In this document: one piece after another, positions 23,797-35,128 of the stretch
Numbering within the stretch: position 1 is the stretch's first letter
How the letters are laid out: every line of letters begins with the position of its first letter
Assembly: GCA_002269645.1 (NCBI GenBank)
Contig: NIVC01000180.1
Coordinates: 496,001-560,000 of the forward strand
Length of the DNA stretch: 64,000 nt
Source of the DNA: Macrostomum lignano
Taxonomy: Eukaryota
Direction: 5' to 3'
Translations under genes and position numbers: made by a program
Notes under the pieces: model-generated
Database searches by the model: none
What the model saw: the letters and a program-made list of their open reading frames with translations, nothing else
What the model was told of the DNA's origin: nothing

Positions 23797-24525
23797 ATGC
23801 AGGTGAGACTCCGCATTGTAGCCGCAGTCTTCGCCGTTCTGAGCTCGCGACCAGCCGCTGATGCCGCCTCGTGCAGCTGGCCGATGACTCGGACGCCAAC
23901 GCCATCTGGCGGCCGCTGCGCCTACTGGAACGCGAGCGACAAAGTTGGCTGGTGCGAGGCGGCCGAAGCCTGCTGGAGAATGGGCGGAGAGCTGGCCATC
24001 GACCTGGAGCTGCTGCGCGCGGTTGTCGGCTCGGTGGCCGGCGGCGGCCTGTGGATCGGAGCGACCGACCTGCTGGTGGAGCGAGGCGCCAACAGGACTG
24101 GCTGGCTGCTGACCGACGGCCGCCAGCTTCTGGCCGACAACTCCGACTGGGTCGGCGGCGGCCCGGGCAACTCGAATTCGAGAGACGATTTTCTGGCGCT
24201 AAAGCGGCGCGGGATCAACGATTTCAAGCCCGACAGGCAGAAAGGCTTCCTCTGCCAGGCGCTGGTGACGCCGAACAGCGGGAGGTTCAGGCGGGCCAGC
24301 TTCCTGCGCCTCGGCAACATCAGCCCCAGCTACTGCTTCACCGAGCTGGCGGGCGTCAGGCGGGAGTCCGAGTGCGCTCTCCGCTGCGCCGACCGGTGGC
24401 AGTGCAGGACCGCCCTGCACAACAAGGCGGACGGCAGGTGCAGGATGCTGGACTTCTCCGATGCCAGCGTTGGAGACGCCATCGAGACGGACCCTGACTG
24501 GAGCAAGCTGGTCAAGGTCTACTGA
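23797..24525 (+). CDS. Secreted C-type lectin-like domain plus PAN/apple-like domain protein, single exon, 242 aa
   Basis: Signal peptide-like N-terminus. CTLD pattern RCAYW...WCEAAEACWRMGGELA...LWIGATD...W...W...GFLCQ. Then PAN-like RRESECALRCADRWQCRTALHNKADGRCRML. Confidence 0.85.
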   Translation: MQVRLRIVAAVFAVLSSRPAADAASCSWPMTRTPTPSGGRCAYWNASDKVGWCEAAEACWRMGGELAIDLELLRAVVGSVAGGGLWIGATDLLVERGANRTGWLLTDGRQLLADNSDWVGGGPGNSNSRDDFLALKRRGINDFKPDRQKGFLCQALVTPNSGRFRRASFLRLGNISPSYCFTELAGVRRESECALRCADRWQCRTALHNKADGRCRMLDFSDASVGDAIETDPDWSKLVKVY

Positions 24526-25035
24526 CTGAGAGACCAATTCAGTGTTTTTCCTCTTAAACAAGGTGTTGTTAGCATAGCCGAACTCGACAGAACGTCTGCA
24601 ATCCTTTCACACGAGTGGCCCATGCACCTGTGAACTTTATTAACAACATGAAATACACAAAGCTAAAGTCAAACAAAATTATTCTGATTTATAAGGTGTG
24701 AGCAACTACAAAATTTTGAACATCTGCTGAACATCTTTATTGTATTTGACTTGGCACAGGCCATGGCAATAAAAAAGCCAAAGAAATGCAGAAACGGATA
24801 CTCTACCGAAAGACCCCTCTTGTAATTATGCCTCACACGCAAAATCAAAACCAAACCAATCTAACCATAACCTACCCTGAACCAACCTTAACCGTAATGT
24901 AACCCTGCCTTTACCATAATGCAGCATGTACCCTAACCCCATCCTGTGGTGTAAAAACAGCACAGGTAATACTTCCGTATAACAGGTAAGCAACGGATAG
25001 CCGCAGCAGTGCACAGTAACAAAAAGTTTTCAAGT

Positions 25036-26612
25036 TTAAATCAGTGAGCCAACCCTCGCTGCAACTCCGAACTTCCTCCGGTCTTCCCCGTCAACGTCCA
25101 GTCCGGTGGAGTCGAACTTCAAGGCGGCAGCGGCCAGCTGGGAACCGTCCGGGACGTCCCCGGCCAAGTCCAGCTGCGACAGCGCCGCGCAAATTTCGTC
25201 TCTGGCCGAGTCGGTGGCATCGGCAGCGCCGACAACCGCCATGGCGGCTTCCAGGGCGGCGCGGGAAGCCGCTGCCCTGCCCAGAGCCATGAGCGCCAGG
25301 CCGAGCAGGTAGCGAGCGCGCAGAAGGCGCCTCGGCTGCACCTGGAAGATAAACGAAGTTTGTATGTAGTGCCAGCGTAGTGCGTTGTGGGCTTGAGACT
25401 GCCTTACGGGTGCAGTCTGACTGTCTGAGTGTGGGTTTTGACTGTTTGGGTGGGGGTTTGACTGTCTGGGTGTGGGTTTGACTGTCTGGGTGTGGGTTTT
25501 GACTGTCTGGGTGGGGGTTTGACTGTCTGGGTGTGGGTTTTGACTGTCTGGGTGGGGGTTTGACTGTCTGGGTGTGGGGTTTGACTGTCTGGGTGTGGGT
25601 TTTGACTGTCTGGGTGGGGGTTTGACTGTCTGGGTGTGGGGTTTGACTGTCTGGGTGTGGGTTTTGACTGTCTGGGTGGGGGTTTGACTGTCTGGGTGTG
25701 GGTTTTGACTGTCTGGGCGGGGGTTTGACTGTCTGGGTGTGGGGTTTGACTGTCTGGGTGTGGGTTTTGACTGTCTGGGTGGGGGTTTGACTGTCTGGGT
25801 GTGGGTTTTGACTGTCTGGGTGGGGGTTTGACTGTCTGGGTGTGGGTTTGAGACTGCCTTACGGGTGCAGTTTGACTGTCTGGGTGTGGGTTTTGACTGT
25901 CTGGGTGGGGGTTTGACTGTCTGGGTGTGGGGTTTGACTGTCTGGGTGTGGGTTTTGACTGTCTGGGTGGGGGTTTGACTGTCTGGGTGTGGGTTTTGAC
26001 TGTCTGGGTGGGGTTTGACTGTCTGGGTGTGGGTTTGAGACTGCCTTACGGGTGCAGTTTGACTGTCTGGGTGTGGGTTTTGACTGTCTGGGTGGGGGTT
26101 TGACTGTCTGGGTGTGGGTTTTGACTGTCTGGGTGGGGGTTTGACTGTCTGGGTGTGGGCTTTGACTGTCTGGTTGTGGGTTTTGACTGTCTGGGTGTGG
26201 GTTTGACTGTCTGGGTGTGGGCTTTGACTGTCTGGTTGTGGGTTTTGACTGTCTGGGTGTGGGTTTGACTGTCTGGGTGTGGGCTTTGACTGTCTGGTTG
26301 TGGGTTTGACTGTCTGGGTGTGGGCTTTGACTGTAAAAGCCTATAAAAAAGCTGTCCAGCGCAGCGCACCCGGTCGCAGGCGGGCGGGGCCAGCGCGGAC
26401 TCGAGCAGCAGGCGGGCGGAGTCCCACTGGCCCAGCTGGATGGCCACGTCAGCCAGGCCGGTCAGCGCAGCGGCCTCGGTGTCGGGGTCGCGCCGGGCCG
26501 CAGCCATCGCCCTGACCCTGGCGTACTCATCGGCCGCCATGTCCAGGTGGGCGCCGTGCAGGCACCAGCGAGCAATTATGAGGTGTTCAAATAGTTGAGA
26601 AGCTCGAGACAT
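25036..26612 (-). CDS. Small alanine-rich TPR-like helical repeat protein (two exons)
   Basis: Exon 26612-26370 (CGG|gtgcgc) joins phase 0 to exon 25341-25036 (ccag|GTG). TPR-like EAAALTGLADVAIQLGQWDSARLLLESAL and ARYLLGLALMALGRAAASRAALEAAM. The true start may lie further upstream. Confidence 0.55.
25415..26335. repeat. ~21-bp minisatellite TTTGACTGTCTGGGTGTGGGT
   Basis: Fills the intron of the TPR-like gene. Confidence 0.95.
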
Positions 26613-27207
26613 GTCTAGCGTCTGATTGACTGCGAAGCGAAATTATTTTATCTGAATGTCTCTCTAAACTGCCTCTGATTCGGTGTGCACTTTTACATGT
26701 ACATGCAGGAGTCCTTAAGCATAAATTTATTCATGAGAAAATCAGGATTTGAGACTTGTAAAAAAGTTCTGTGTTCGCGAGTGTCACCTATTCACTTTAA
26801 AATGTTTTGTCAGCCTAGCAACTCAGACCGTGAATTATAGCTGGTAAAATGAGACGCACTATAAGTAGAGGCGGGGAGATTCGAAGGTAGAAGAAGGGGA
26901 GAGAGGGAGACAAAAGGAGAGGGTTGAGAAGAAGGGGAGAGAGGGAGAGAAGATGAAGGGAAAATGAGAACAGGCATTTTTGATTAGCTAACTAAGCATT
27001 CAAAAAAAGTAAACGGGATCATAAAAAATTACACGGCGGTAAAGGATTTGCGATTGTTTAAAACAGCGCATACTTGAATTTCAAGCGCAGCGGTGAACTT
27101 TTTATTTTCAATTTACTGGATTCCACCTTACTGAACTTACTGAACATGCAGCGGGCAACTTTGCGTACAAATATTTACAGAAACCGGAAACTAGAAGCTG
27201 AAATAAA

Positions 27208-27880
27208 GGCGATTCTGCAGGTGGCTGATTGGAGGGGGCGATTCTGCAGGCGGCTGATTGGAGGGGCGATTGTGCAGGTGGCTGATTGGAGGGGCGATTC
27301 TGCAGGCGGCTGATTGGAGGGGCGATTGTGCAGGTGGCTGATTGGAAGGACGATTGTGCAGGTGGCTGATTGGAAGGACGATTGTGCAGGTGGCTGATTG
27401 GAAGGACGATTGTGCAGGTGGCTGATTGGAAGGACGATTGTGCAGGTGGCTGATTGGAGGGGCGATTCTGCAGGCGGCTGATTGGAAGGACGATTGTGCA
27501 GGTGGCTGATTGGAAGGACGATTGTGCAGGTGGCTGATTGGAGGGGCGATTCTGCAGGTGGCTGATTGGAGGGGCGATTGTGCAGGTGGCTGATTGGAAG
27601 GACGATTGTGCAGGTGGCTGATTGGAAGGACGATTGTGCAGGTGGCTGATTGGAGGGGCGATTCTGCAGGTGGCTGATTGGAGGGGCGATTGTGCAGGTG
27701 GCTGATTGGAAGGACGATTGTGCAGGTGGCTGATTGGAGGGGCGATTCTGCAGGTGGCTGATTGGAGGGGCGATTCTGCAGGTGGCTGATTGGAGGGGCG
27801 ATTCTGCAGGTGGCTGATTGGAGGGGCGATTCTGCAGGTGGCTGATTGGAGGGGCGATTCTGCAGGTGGCTGATTGGAGA
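27208..27880. repeat. 28-bp minisatellite GCAGGTGGCTGATTGGAGGGGCGATTCT
   Basis: About 24 units between the WTAP stop and the TPR-like gene. Confidence 0.95.
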
Positions 27881-28005
27881 TATTACTGCAGGTTGCTCAA
27901 GGGGGGTTAGCAATTCTCCAGCCGCAAATCCACGGGCCGGCAAATGCACCATTCCACGCCACTAATTTCAGCCACGCGGTTCGCCCCCCCCCCTAAACGC
28001 GAAGC

Positions 28006-31000
28006 TCAGCGGAAGCCGCTCTGCTCTCCGTTGCTGGCAGGAGCGACGGGGGCGTCGGGGGCGGCGGTGCGGTAGCCGGAGGCGGCCCCGGCGTCGAAGG
28101 CGTGCAGCTGCAGACGGAGCGCCTCGATGCGTAGGTAGGCATCGCTGAGCTGGCCCTGCATGATGAGGATGGTGGACTGCAGCGACTCGGTCTCGTCGTC
28201 AATCTCGCCGAGTAGGTGCTCCTGCTCTGCGGGCGGAGGTCGGGCATCGGGATTTTGAGATGCAATGCTCAGCAGGAATATAGACCGAGGGAGGAAGAGA
28301 TTGCTGCCCATCAGCTAGGCACCCTTCGGCGACATGGTCCCACAGCTAGCGCTGAGGCAGTTCCGCCCATTCTGCTGACTACTGAGCTTATACAAGCGTG
28401 CCAATACTGTAAACACGCTCATGCAGGATGTACAGGGGCCCCGACTTTCTAATCAGAGAGGTATGCACACTCTGAGCCTTGGGGGTTGGCCCTCAAATGA
28501 GTAAGAATCGCACGACAAACCCCCAACCAAGCAAAAATGAATGTTGACGTTTACTGCTCTGCCCTCTAAGCCAACATGTAAGTCACGTGACTGCTCTCAG
28601 CTAATAGCAAGTTACACTTGCTGAGCAAATCTTGTAGATAATTGATGAGCCGGAGGCTCACCTGTGTGCGTCTTCCGCATCTCCACTAGCAGAGTTTTCT
28701 CTAAAGCGATCTCGCTCTCCATCTTGGCCACGGCGGCCGAGGACATGCCCTGGCTGAGCTCGCTGTTCTCCTGGTGCAGCTGCCGGATCCGCGCCATCAG
28801 CCGCTTGCCAGTCTGGCTATCCGGGGTGAACTTCCAGGCCGACAGGTCGTTTTGAGTCTGCTCCAGTCTGTCGCGACAGTCCCCGAGCTCCTTGCGGAGT
28901 CGCTGGTAGAGCACATTGACAGCGGGGTCCAGCATCATCGCTTTGAGCTGCGTGGAGGCCGTGCTGGCGGACTGGGCCCGCAGCTGCTCCAGTTGCTGCT
29001 GAACGGGTGGGAGGTTTGACGGCGAATGACCAGATGGCGCATCGCTAATGACCAAATGGCGGTCGCTAATGACCAGATGGTGGGTGGCTAATGACCAGAT
29101 GGCGGGTGGCTAATGACTAGATGGCGGGTGGCTAATGACCAGATGGTGGGTGGCTAATGACCAGATGGGGGTCGCTAATGACCAGATGGCGGGTGGCTAA
29201 TGACCAGATGGTGGGTGGCTAATGACCAGATGGGGGTCGCTAATGACCAGATGGCGGGTCGCTAATGACCCACTGAAAAATAGGGACGGATATTTGGTTC
29301 GGATATAGCGTATCCAGATCCGGATAGGGGCACTTTTCCGAATGAACGGCAGGATATGTGCAGATATGAAATTTTATCCGAATAATATCCAGACAAGTCG
29401 TATCCGGACGAATATCCGGATTATCACCCGGATATGTGACTTATCCGGACAAAAATTTTCGGACTTTTCATCCGGATATCGAACCACCTGGTTCGGATAT
29501 TTACCGTACTTTTTCTCAATGCATTATGCAATGCATATATGACCTTTTTCGATTTTTGCCCAGATCAACCCTGGATTTCAGAAAGTTATCACACCTGCAA
29601 TGCTAAACGCGGCTAGAGCGAAAGGGTTCATGGAACCCTCAGTGAAAACGCTAATGGACACCTATGCATTAGCTGCGTTCCAGACCGGAAGAGTTCACCA
29701 CCCCGGATTGCATGACGCAGGGGATACTATGGGAGTCAAGTTCGCTTCCCCTCTGAGTGGCGTACTCGGATTTGACTATATTCAGGCCACGCCACCATGC
29801 TATTCTTATCAGGCGAACAAGCCTGACCCGAAGCAACCTGATTTGAACAGCAAACTGCTGGATGTAGACAGTGAGGTTCGTTCTCCCATAACTTAGTTCC
29901 TAATTGAACTTAGCTCGTCGCGTGCTGCTTATTTGAACATAATTTACGAGCTAATTTCAGGTTGCAAGAATTAAAGTTCCACAAGCTACGAGTATTCAGC
30001 AAATCCCACGCCGACTTGCTGAGTTGAAAAGGTTCCGTGGACAAGAATACGACGCCTGGCTTCTCATTAGACTCATTCCTTGAGGTTCGCTACAGCGATC
30101 ATTTGAATTTATCTAAAGTGCTGTCGTCCAAGATGTTCTGGCTTAGCTTTCAGAACGGGCCAAAAAGTGAGTTACAACACGTGCGTACTACCCACGTGTG
30201 TGATACGTGTTTGCAGCGCTGCCTTGCCTGTACTCCGTTCGAGCAAGGTTCTACAATGCACATCAAGTCTGCAGTCATATGATGGACTACACATATCTGG
30301 CTGGACCTGTGCACCAACAGTCTGCGGGACTTGTGGAGTCGATGCACTGTCGTCTCAAAACGCTTCTACATGGTTCTCGCATGCTTGCCGTCAAGCTGGT
30401 GAACACTGTCGAACGGCAGCTTGCGACTGACCAAGATTTTGCATGCGTGTCACGCCTGAAAGCGTCAGCGAGTACAAGACCGTGTCGTAGGTGTTCGATT
30501 TTGGATGGCTGCTGAATTCGACAATGGACTGCTCGTAGAGACATTTAAATTGCAAATGCGCAACCGTCGTCGCGTCTCCTATTTCGTAGCCATACAAAAT
30601 ACTAATTGTGCGCAAGTACTTCCTATGCTACATGTGTACAAGCGTGTACAATGCTAATTGTGTACAACTAATCGTGTGCAAGTAATTGTGTGTAAGACTA
30701 ATTGTGAGCAACTAATTATGCACAAGTAATTGTTTAACACTATTATGTAGTAGTTGTATATCACAAATTGCATGTAACAAATTGTCAAAACTTAATATCC
30801 ATCCATCCATCTAATCCATCCAATCCAATCCAATCCATCCATCCAATCCAAATATACTAAATCTCTAACTCTAAGGTTTGTATGTTTGAATGCTTGCTTG
30901 TCCATAACGCTTTAGAGATTGCAATTCTTGACTGATTTTGATCGCGTTATCGCCAAAAGATTTGTAATCAGCCCAGGATTGTATTGTTAAATCAGCCCAG

Positions 31001-34000
31001 AATTGTATTAAATCTCATTTATCTGCTTCAATGCTAAAGGGATTAAATATTCGAAAAACTGTTTTAAATGGGCTCTTTCAATGCAAATTTTATCAGCGAG
31101 AAACTTTACAGCCAATTTTAATGATTGCGCCAGAGCCAACTGATAAAAAACTCACTGGGCCCCACTTAAAGGGGGGGGGCAATAAAAAAATATTCTGGAT
31201 GCTGGCAGCCAGCTCTAATTAGCTAGTTCTATTACTATTTGTGTACTGCTAATTGTAAGTGCAACTAATTGTGTACCACTAATTGTGTGCAACTAATTTT
31301 TTACCACTAATTTGTACTAATTATATATCTCTAATTGCATGTAACTGATTTTCTATTAGTAATTGATCAATTTCGTCGTTTCGTCATACTTTCTTGCACC
31401 TAATATCAGAGTAGATAATTTACTATAATATATATTATGCATCATTCCCTTTCCGTCAACATTAATAAACCAGGGTTTTTATCAAGCAGATGTATTATAT
31501 AGACGGATACAATTAGAAGAATTGCATAAATAGCACATATTGCATCGTCATCTTCATTAGTTCGTATTTGTAATTTTGTGTCCTGTACTACATATTTCCT
31601 TTTTACAACACACTAGGCTTACTACCCGGTGTCACATGTCCTTTGATGTCCCCTGACATCCCGTGAGAGGCTTGACCAAGCCGAAAAGCAAGTATAGAAC
31701 ACGACGACTGGGCTTTCAGTAGGCTTTCAGTGGAAGTTTGTCAGTTACGAACATTTGCAGGCAAATAGCTACAAACACCTACTGTTTACTTCATACAGTA
31801 ATTGCGGCATACTGTTTCAGAGATTGCTAAAGCATGAGAGGAAAAGGTAGCGCAGCAGCGTCGTCTTCTACTTCAACAGCTACAACTTCGAAACGCTGAC
31901 AGCTTCCGCCCAATTATGTCGACTTTAAAAGTAGTAGGAAAGAGGACGAATCCCGTTATTGGTGCATTAAATATGACGCGTCAGCCAACAGCGTCATTCA
32001 ATACGGGCCAGTGCAAGAGGGCCACATTATTGGTCGCCACGAAGACGACAAAAGGGATCTGACCCACAATATGCGTGTTCTTGTGGTGCAGCGAAAGACA
32101 TTCGCGTCGGAACGCGTTACAAAGGCTTGATATGGAAAGGCCCTCACGGAACGCTTGCGGCAGCCCAGGAGGCTGTAGCCTTGGCGAAGCGTCCTTCAGA
32201 AACTCCAGCTGCCATCAGATGCCCATCCTGCACCAACATGTTGCAGCAGATTAACGAGCAAAGTAAAGTGGAGGACTCGCTTCGTAAGTCTGGTATCAGT
32301 TGACAATAAGCTCAAATCAAATGACTATACATTACTTATTTATCTTCCGTACATCTCCTTTAGACCAAGAACTCAGGCAAGCGCGGCAGAAACTTTCGGA
32401 AGCGGCCCAAGAAATCGACCAGCTGAAGGCCCGCGGTTGCGATGAGTCACCTTGATGCAAATCTGGGACTAGCGATGCAGCCTTGTTGCAAATTAAGCAG
32501 GTCGTAGCACGGATGCATAAGCGCTGTTACCAATCCTGCGTTTTCGCCGAAGAATTGTTTCGAGTCATTGGCGAGTTGCCCGGCGAGAACGCTGCCACCG
32601 GCGAAGACGAGGACAATAATTGCCAGTCAACGCACCTGCAGCCGCCGGAGCATCAAACCCAGCAACGTCCCGCAACTGGGGTTTACGTCCGCGGCAGCCT
32701 CAGTTCGGGACAGATTGAGGCGCTGCATCGAAGCATGCAGGCTGTTTTAGAACAGCCTGCTGTCGCCCCGAACACGTCTGGCAATCTCGTGCCGATTTCA
32801 GAGACGGACGCGGAGTTTTCAAAGTTACTTGCCACGCTGCAGGATCGCACAGCCATAGAAAAAAAATTAACTGAGCTGTTGCCCATGCAGCAACGATGGG
32901 GTGCTCAAACAACGGAGGCGACGGAACAGCAAAAAACGAAGCTGCAGCGGACGAAGTTCGCTTTTATTCGCCGAATTCTCCGCGCCGTCTTTTCAAATGA
33001 TGAATTTTTGACGACAACGTTTTCGGGTCGCCGCGTCGCCTCCCGTGGAATTGGAGCCCCTGGGCCACGCGTTCATACTGCCAATTCAGCAAAACTAGAG
33101 ATCGTGGCTGCCTACTGCAGTCGAAAAGGCGTGACACTAGAAGAAGACGATGTTCACTATTGTTTTAAACGCTGTCGCGTAACTTCTATTTACAACTAAA
33201 AGCCTGGGGAAGATCGGAAGCTTATTAGTAGTAATGCGCGTACTAATGCGCGTAACAGAAGCAGAAGAGAGCAGATAGAGCCGGAGCACGAAACACCAGC
33301 GAAACAGCTAACGACTACTGCTACTGATATTGCAATATTACTGATGACTGATCTCGATGCTGTACATGTAAAGACTTCACATAGGTTTTGATTGTAGAGC
33401 GATGCTTAACGGTAGCATGATGAATCTGTCTATATATTTATGGAAATAATATTTTAACCGATCAATAATTCAGGAGACTGCAAATTTATTAGTCACGAAT
33501 ATGTATGCACAAAAGAGTAAACTAAGGAGCGAGATGAATCGCAGTACGATGGAAAGTGAACGCAAACCAATAACCCCCCAGCAACCCACTCAACTCAAGC
33601 CAAGTCCAGGGGCGTAGGGGGGATAGGGGGATGTATCCCCCCTATCCCCCCCCCCAAAGAGCCTGACCAAAACTTATTTGTTGCCCTTTGTTGCTATACA
33701 TGCTACCATGTGACTCTGTCATAGCACTTTTACCTTGGTGTATCCCCCCATAGAAAATTCACCTTGGTGTATCCCCCCCCCTGTAGGAAATTCCTGGCTA
33801 CGCCCCTGGCCAAGTCACCACAGTACGTTCCAATTTAATCAGCATATTTCAATAACAAACGTTCTACAACAGCAGTCTGGCTGTCTAATAATACTCGCCT
33901 CTTTCTAGAAACCACAAATTACTAACTACTTGTTGCCACTAATTTTGCTTATCTATTTTTTAATACTAATTGTATCTAACTAACTGTTTACCACAAACTG

Positions 34001-35128
34001 TGTTTAGCTACTTGTTTTCCACAAGATCTCTATTAGCATTTGATCAATTTCGACAATGTTTCTGTTCCTTGTTTATTTCCTTGTTGTTTAATAATATCTT
34101 TACACTTTAATTAGCATCAAATATATATTAACATACAATAACCATCTTTCCTTTTTGTTAACTAAAATGTGCAAAAGAATTGCTAGAATTTATTCATTTG
34201 AATTGACAGAATTTATTCATACAAATGAAGCAGCAAATATATTGCATTATCCATCAGAAAACTAGATTAATGTGAAAATTGGATCATTTGGCCCAATATA
34301 TAGCTGGATTCAATCTACATATCTGGCCATTTCATCCAGATAAAAATGCAATATTTGTATCCAAACAAAACATTTGGATACGTGGCTCAAATCTGGCCTT
34401 ATAGCCAGATACATTTCTGGACTTAGGTCCAAATTTAATCTATGTATAGGCCTACAAACAAAATGTCTGAATCAAAACATCTGGATATGTAAAGTTGGCA
34501 TCCCTTATCCAAAGAAATGACTAGATATTCTCCCACTGAATGGATAGAGAATATCAAGCCAAACTAAAAAAATCCTAACCAAAATCCTTCCCTATTTTTC
34601 AGTGGGGACCAGATAGCAGGTGGCTAATGACTGAATGACAGGTTGCTAATGACCAAATGGTAGGTAGCTAATGACCAGATGGTAGGTTGCTAATGACCAA
34701 ATGGTGGGTCACTAATGACCAGATGGCAGTTGCTAATTACCAGATTGTGGATGGCTAATGACCAGATGGCAAGTGCCTAATGACCAGATGGTGGGTGGCT
34801 AATGACCATATAACAAGTGACAAATTATCAGATTAGTCAAGCTGACTCAAGCAGGAACTAAAACTGATGAAACTATGTAAAAGGAAGCAAGATGTACAAT
34901 GATAAATATACTTTATTTGACTGAAGGTAAACCACAAATTTACATAAGATTTATACAACAGTGACAGCTACAATTGGCTCACCAAACACTGGCACAGCTC
35001 TCGCTCTTTTGTAGTAAGCCTTTGCATGAGCAGTTGCTCTCTCTTCTTACTCTCTAGCAAAGCTTCTTTAAGAAGCTCTTTGCTATCAGTCTTTGATTCT
35101 GAAGCCATTAGCCGCACTAAATCAGGGT
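28006..35128 (-). CDS. WTAP: WTAP / female-lethal(2)d, m6A writer complex regulatory subunit; N-terminal exon(s) unresolved
   Basis: Exons 35128-34983 (ESKKREQLLMQRLTTKEREL), 28998-28662 (MLDPAVNVLYQRL...LSAWKFTPDSQTGKRLMARIRQLHQENSEL) and 28226-28006 (EIDDETESLQSTILIMQGQL). Phases fit, and AWKFTPDSQTGK.LMA is the WTAP hallmark. A candidate non-coding first exon has its donor at 37365. Confidence 0.93.
29025..29268. repeat. ~22-bp minisatellite CTAATGACCAGATGGCGGGTGG, left half (continues at 34607-34810)
   Basis: The same unit lies on both sides of the CACTA insertion. Confidence 0.92.
30070..30515 (+). mobile_element. Degenerate Gypsy-type integrase fragment nested in the CACTA element
   Basis: Broken frames give KVLSSKMFW (integrase Zn-binding-like), and HQQSAGLVESMHCRLKTLL resembles the rve motif YHPQSNGLVERxHRxLK. 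Confidence 0.5.
30798..31226 (+). mobile_element. Non-autonomous Helitron-like insertion, about 430 bp
   Basis: Starts A|TC with an (ATCC)n head and ends CTAG|T. A GCTGG-cag-CCAGC hairpin (31201-31213) sits about 10 nt before the CTAG. No TSD. Confidence 0.6.
31834..33199 (+). pseudogene. Decayed two-exon gene (CxxC, coiled coil, C-terminal BEN-like domain) carried by the CACTA element
   Basis: ATG 31834; in-frame TGA at 31897, 32128 and 32453; frameshift near 32130; GT-AG intron 32284-32363. C-terminus RRILRAVFSNDEFLTTTFSGRR...NSAKLEIVAAYC fits the BEN pattern by eye. Confidence 0.55.
33607..33808. mobile_element. hAT-type MITE, 202 bp
   Basis: TIRs CAGGGGCGTAG / CTACGCCCCTG; perfect 8-bp TSD GCCAAGTC (33599-33606, 33809-33816). 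Confidence 0.88.
34607..34810. repeat. ~22-bp minisatellite, right (more degenerate) half of the array split by the CACTA element
   Basis: CTAATGACCAGATGG core, with no CpG. Confidence 0.9.

Larger units (their letters stand above)
29269..34606. mobile_element. CACTA/EnSpm (CMC)-like DNA transposon, about 5.3 kb, non-autonomous, inside a WTAP intron
   Basis: Termini CCCACTGAAAAATAGGGA and TCCCTATTTTTCAGTGGG are exact 18-bp inverted repeats and continue imperfectly to about 35 bp. A 2-bp GA duplication (29267-68, 34607-08) restores the interrupted unit ctaatGAccagat. Many short ATCCGGAT-like subterminal repeats. No transposase seen. Confidence 0.85.

Noticed and set aside
24795-25010. Block with TAACC-rich core flanked by AACGGATA direct repeats
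   Set aside because: Could be a small transposon, but there are no convincing terminal inverted repeats.
27191-27952. 253-aa minus-strand ORF
   Set aside because: Almost entirely the 28-bp array.
29600-29896. 98-aa ORF as the CACTA transposase
   Set aside because: No transposase motifs; at best a degraded retroelement pol remnant.
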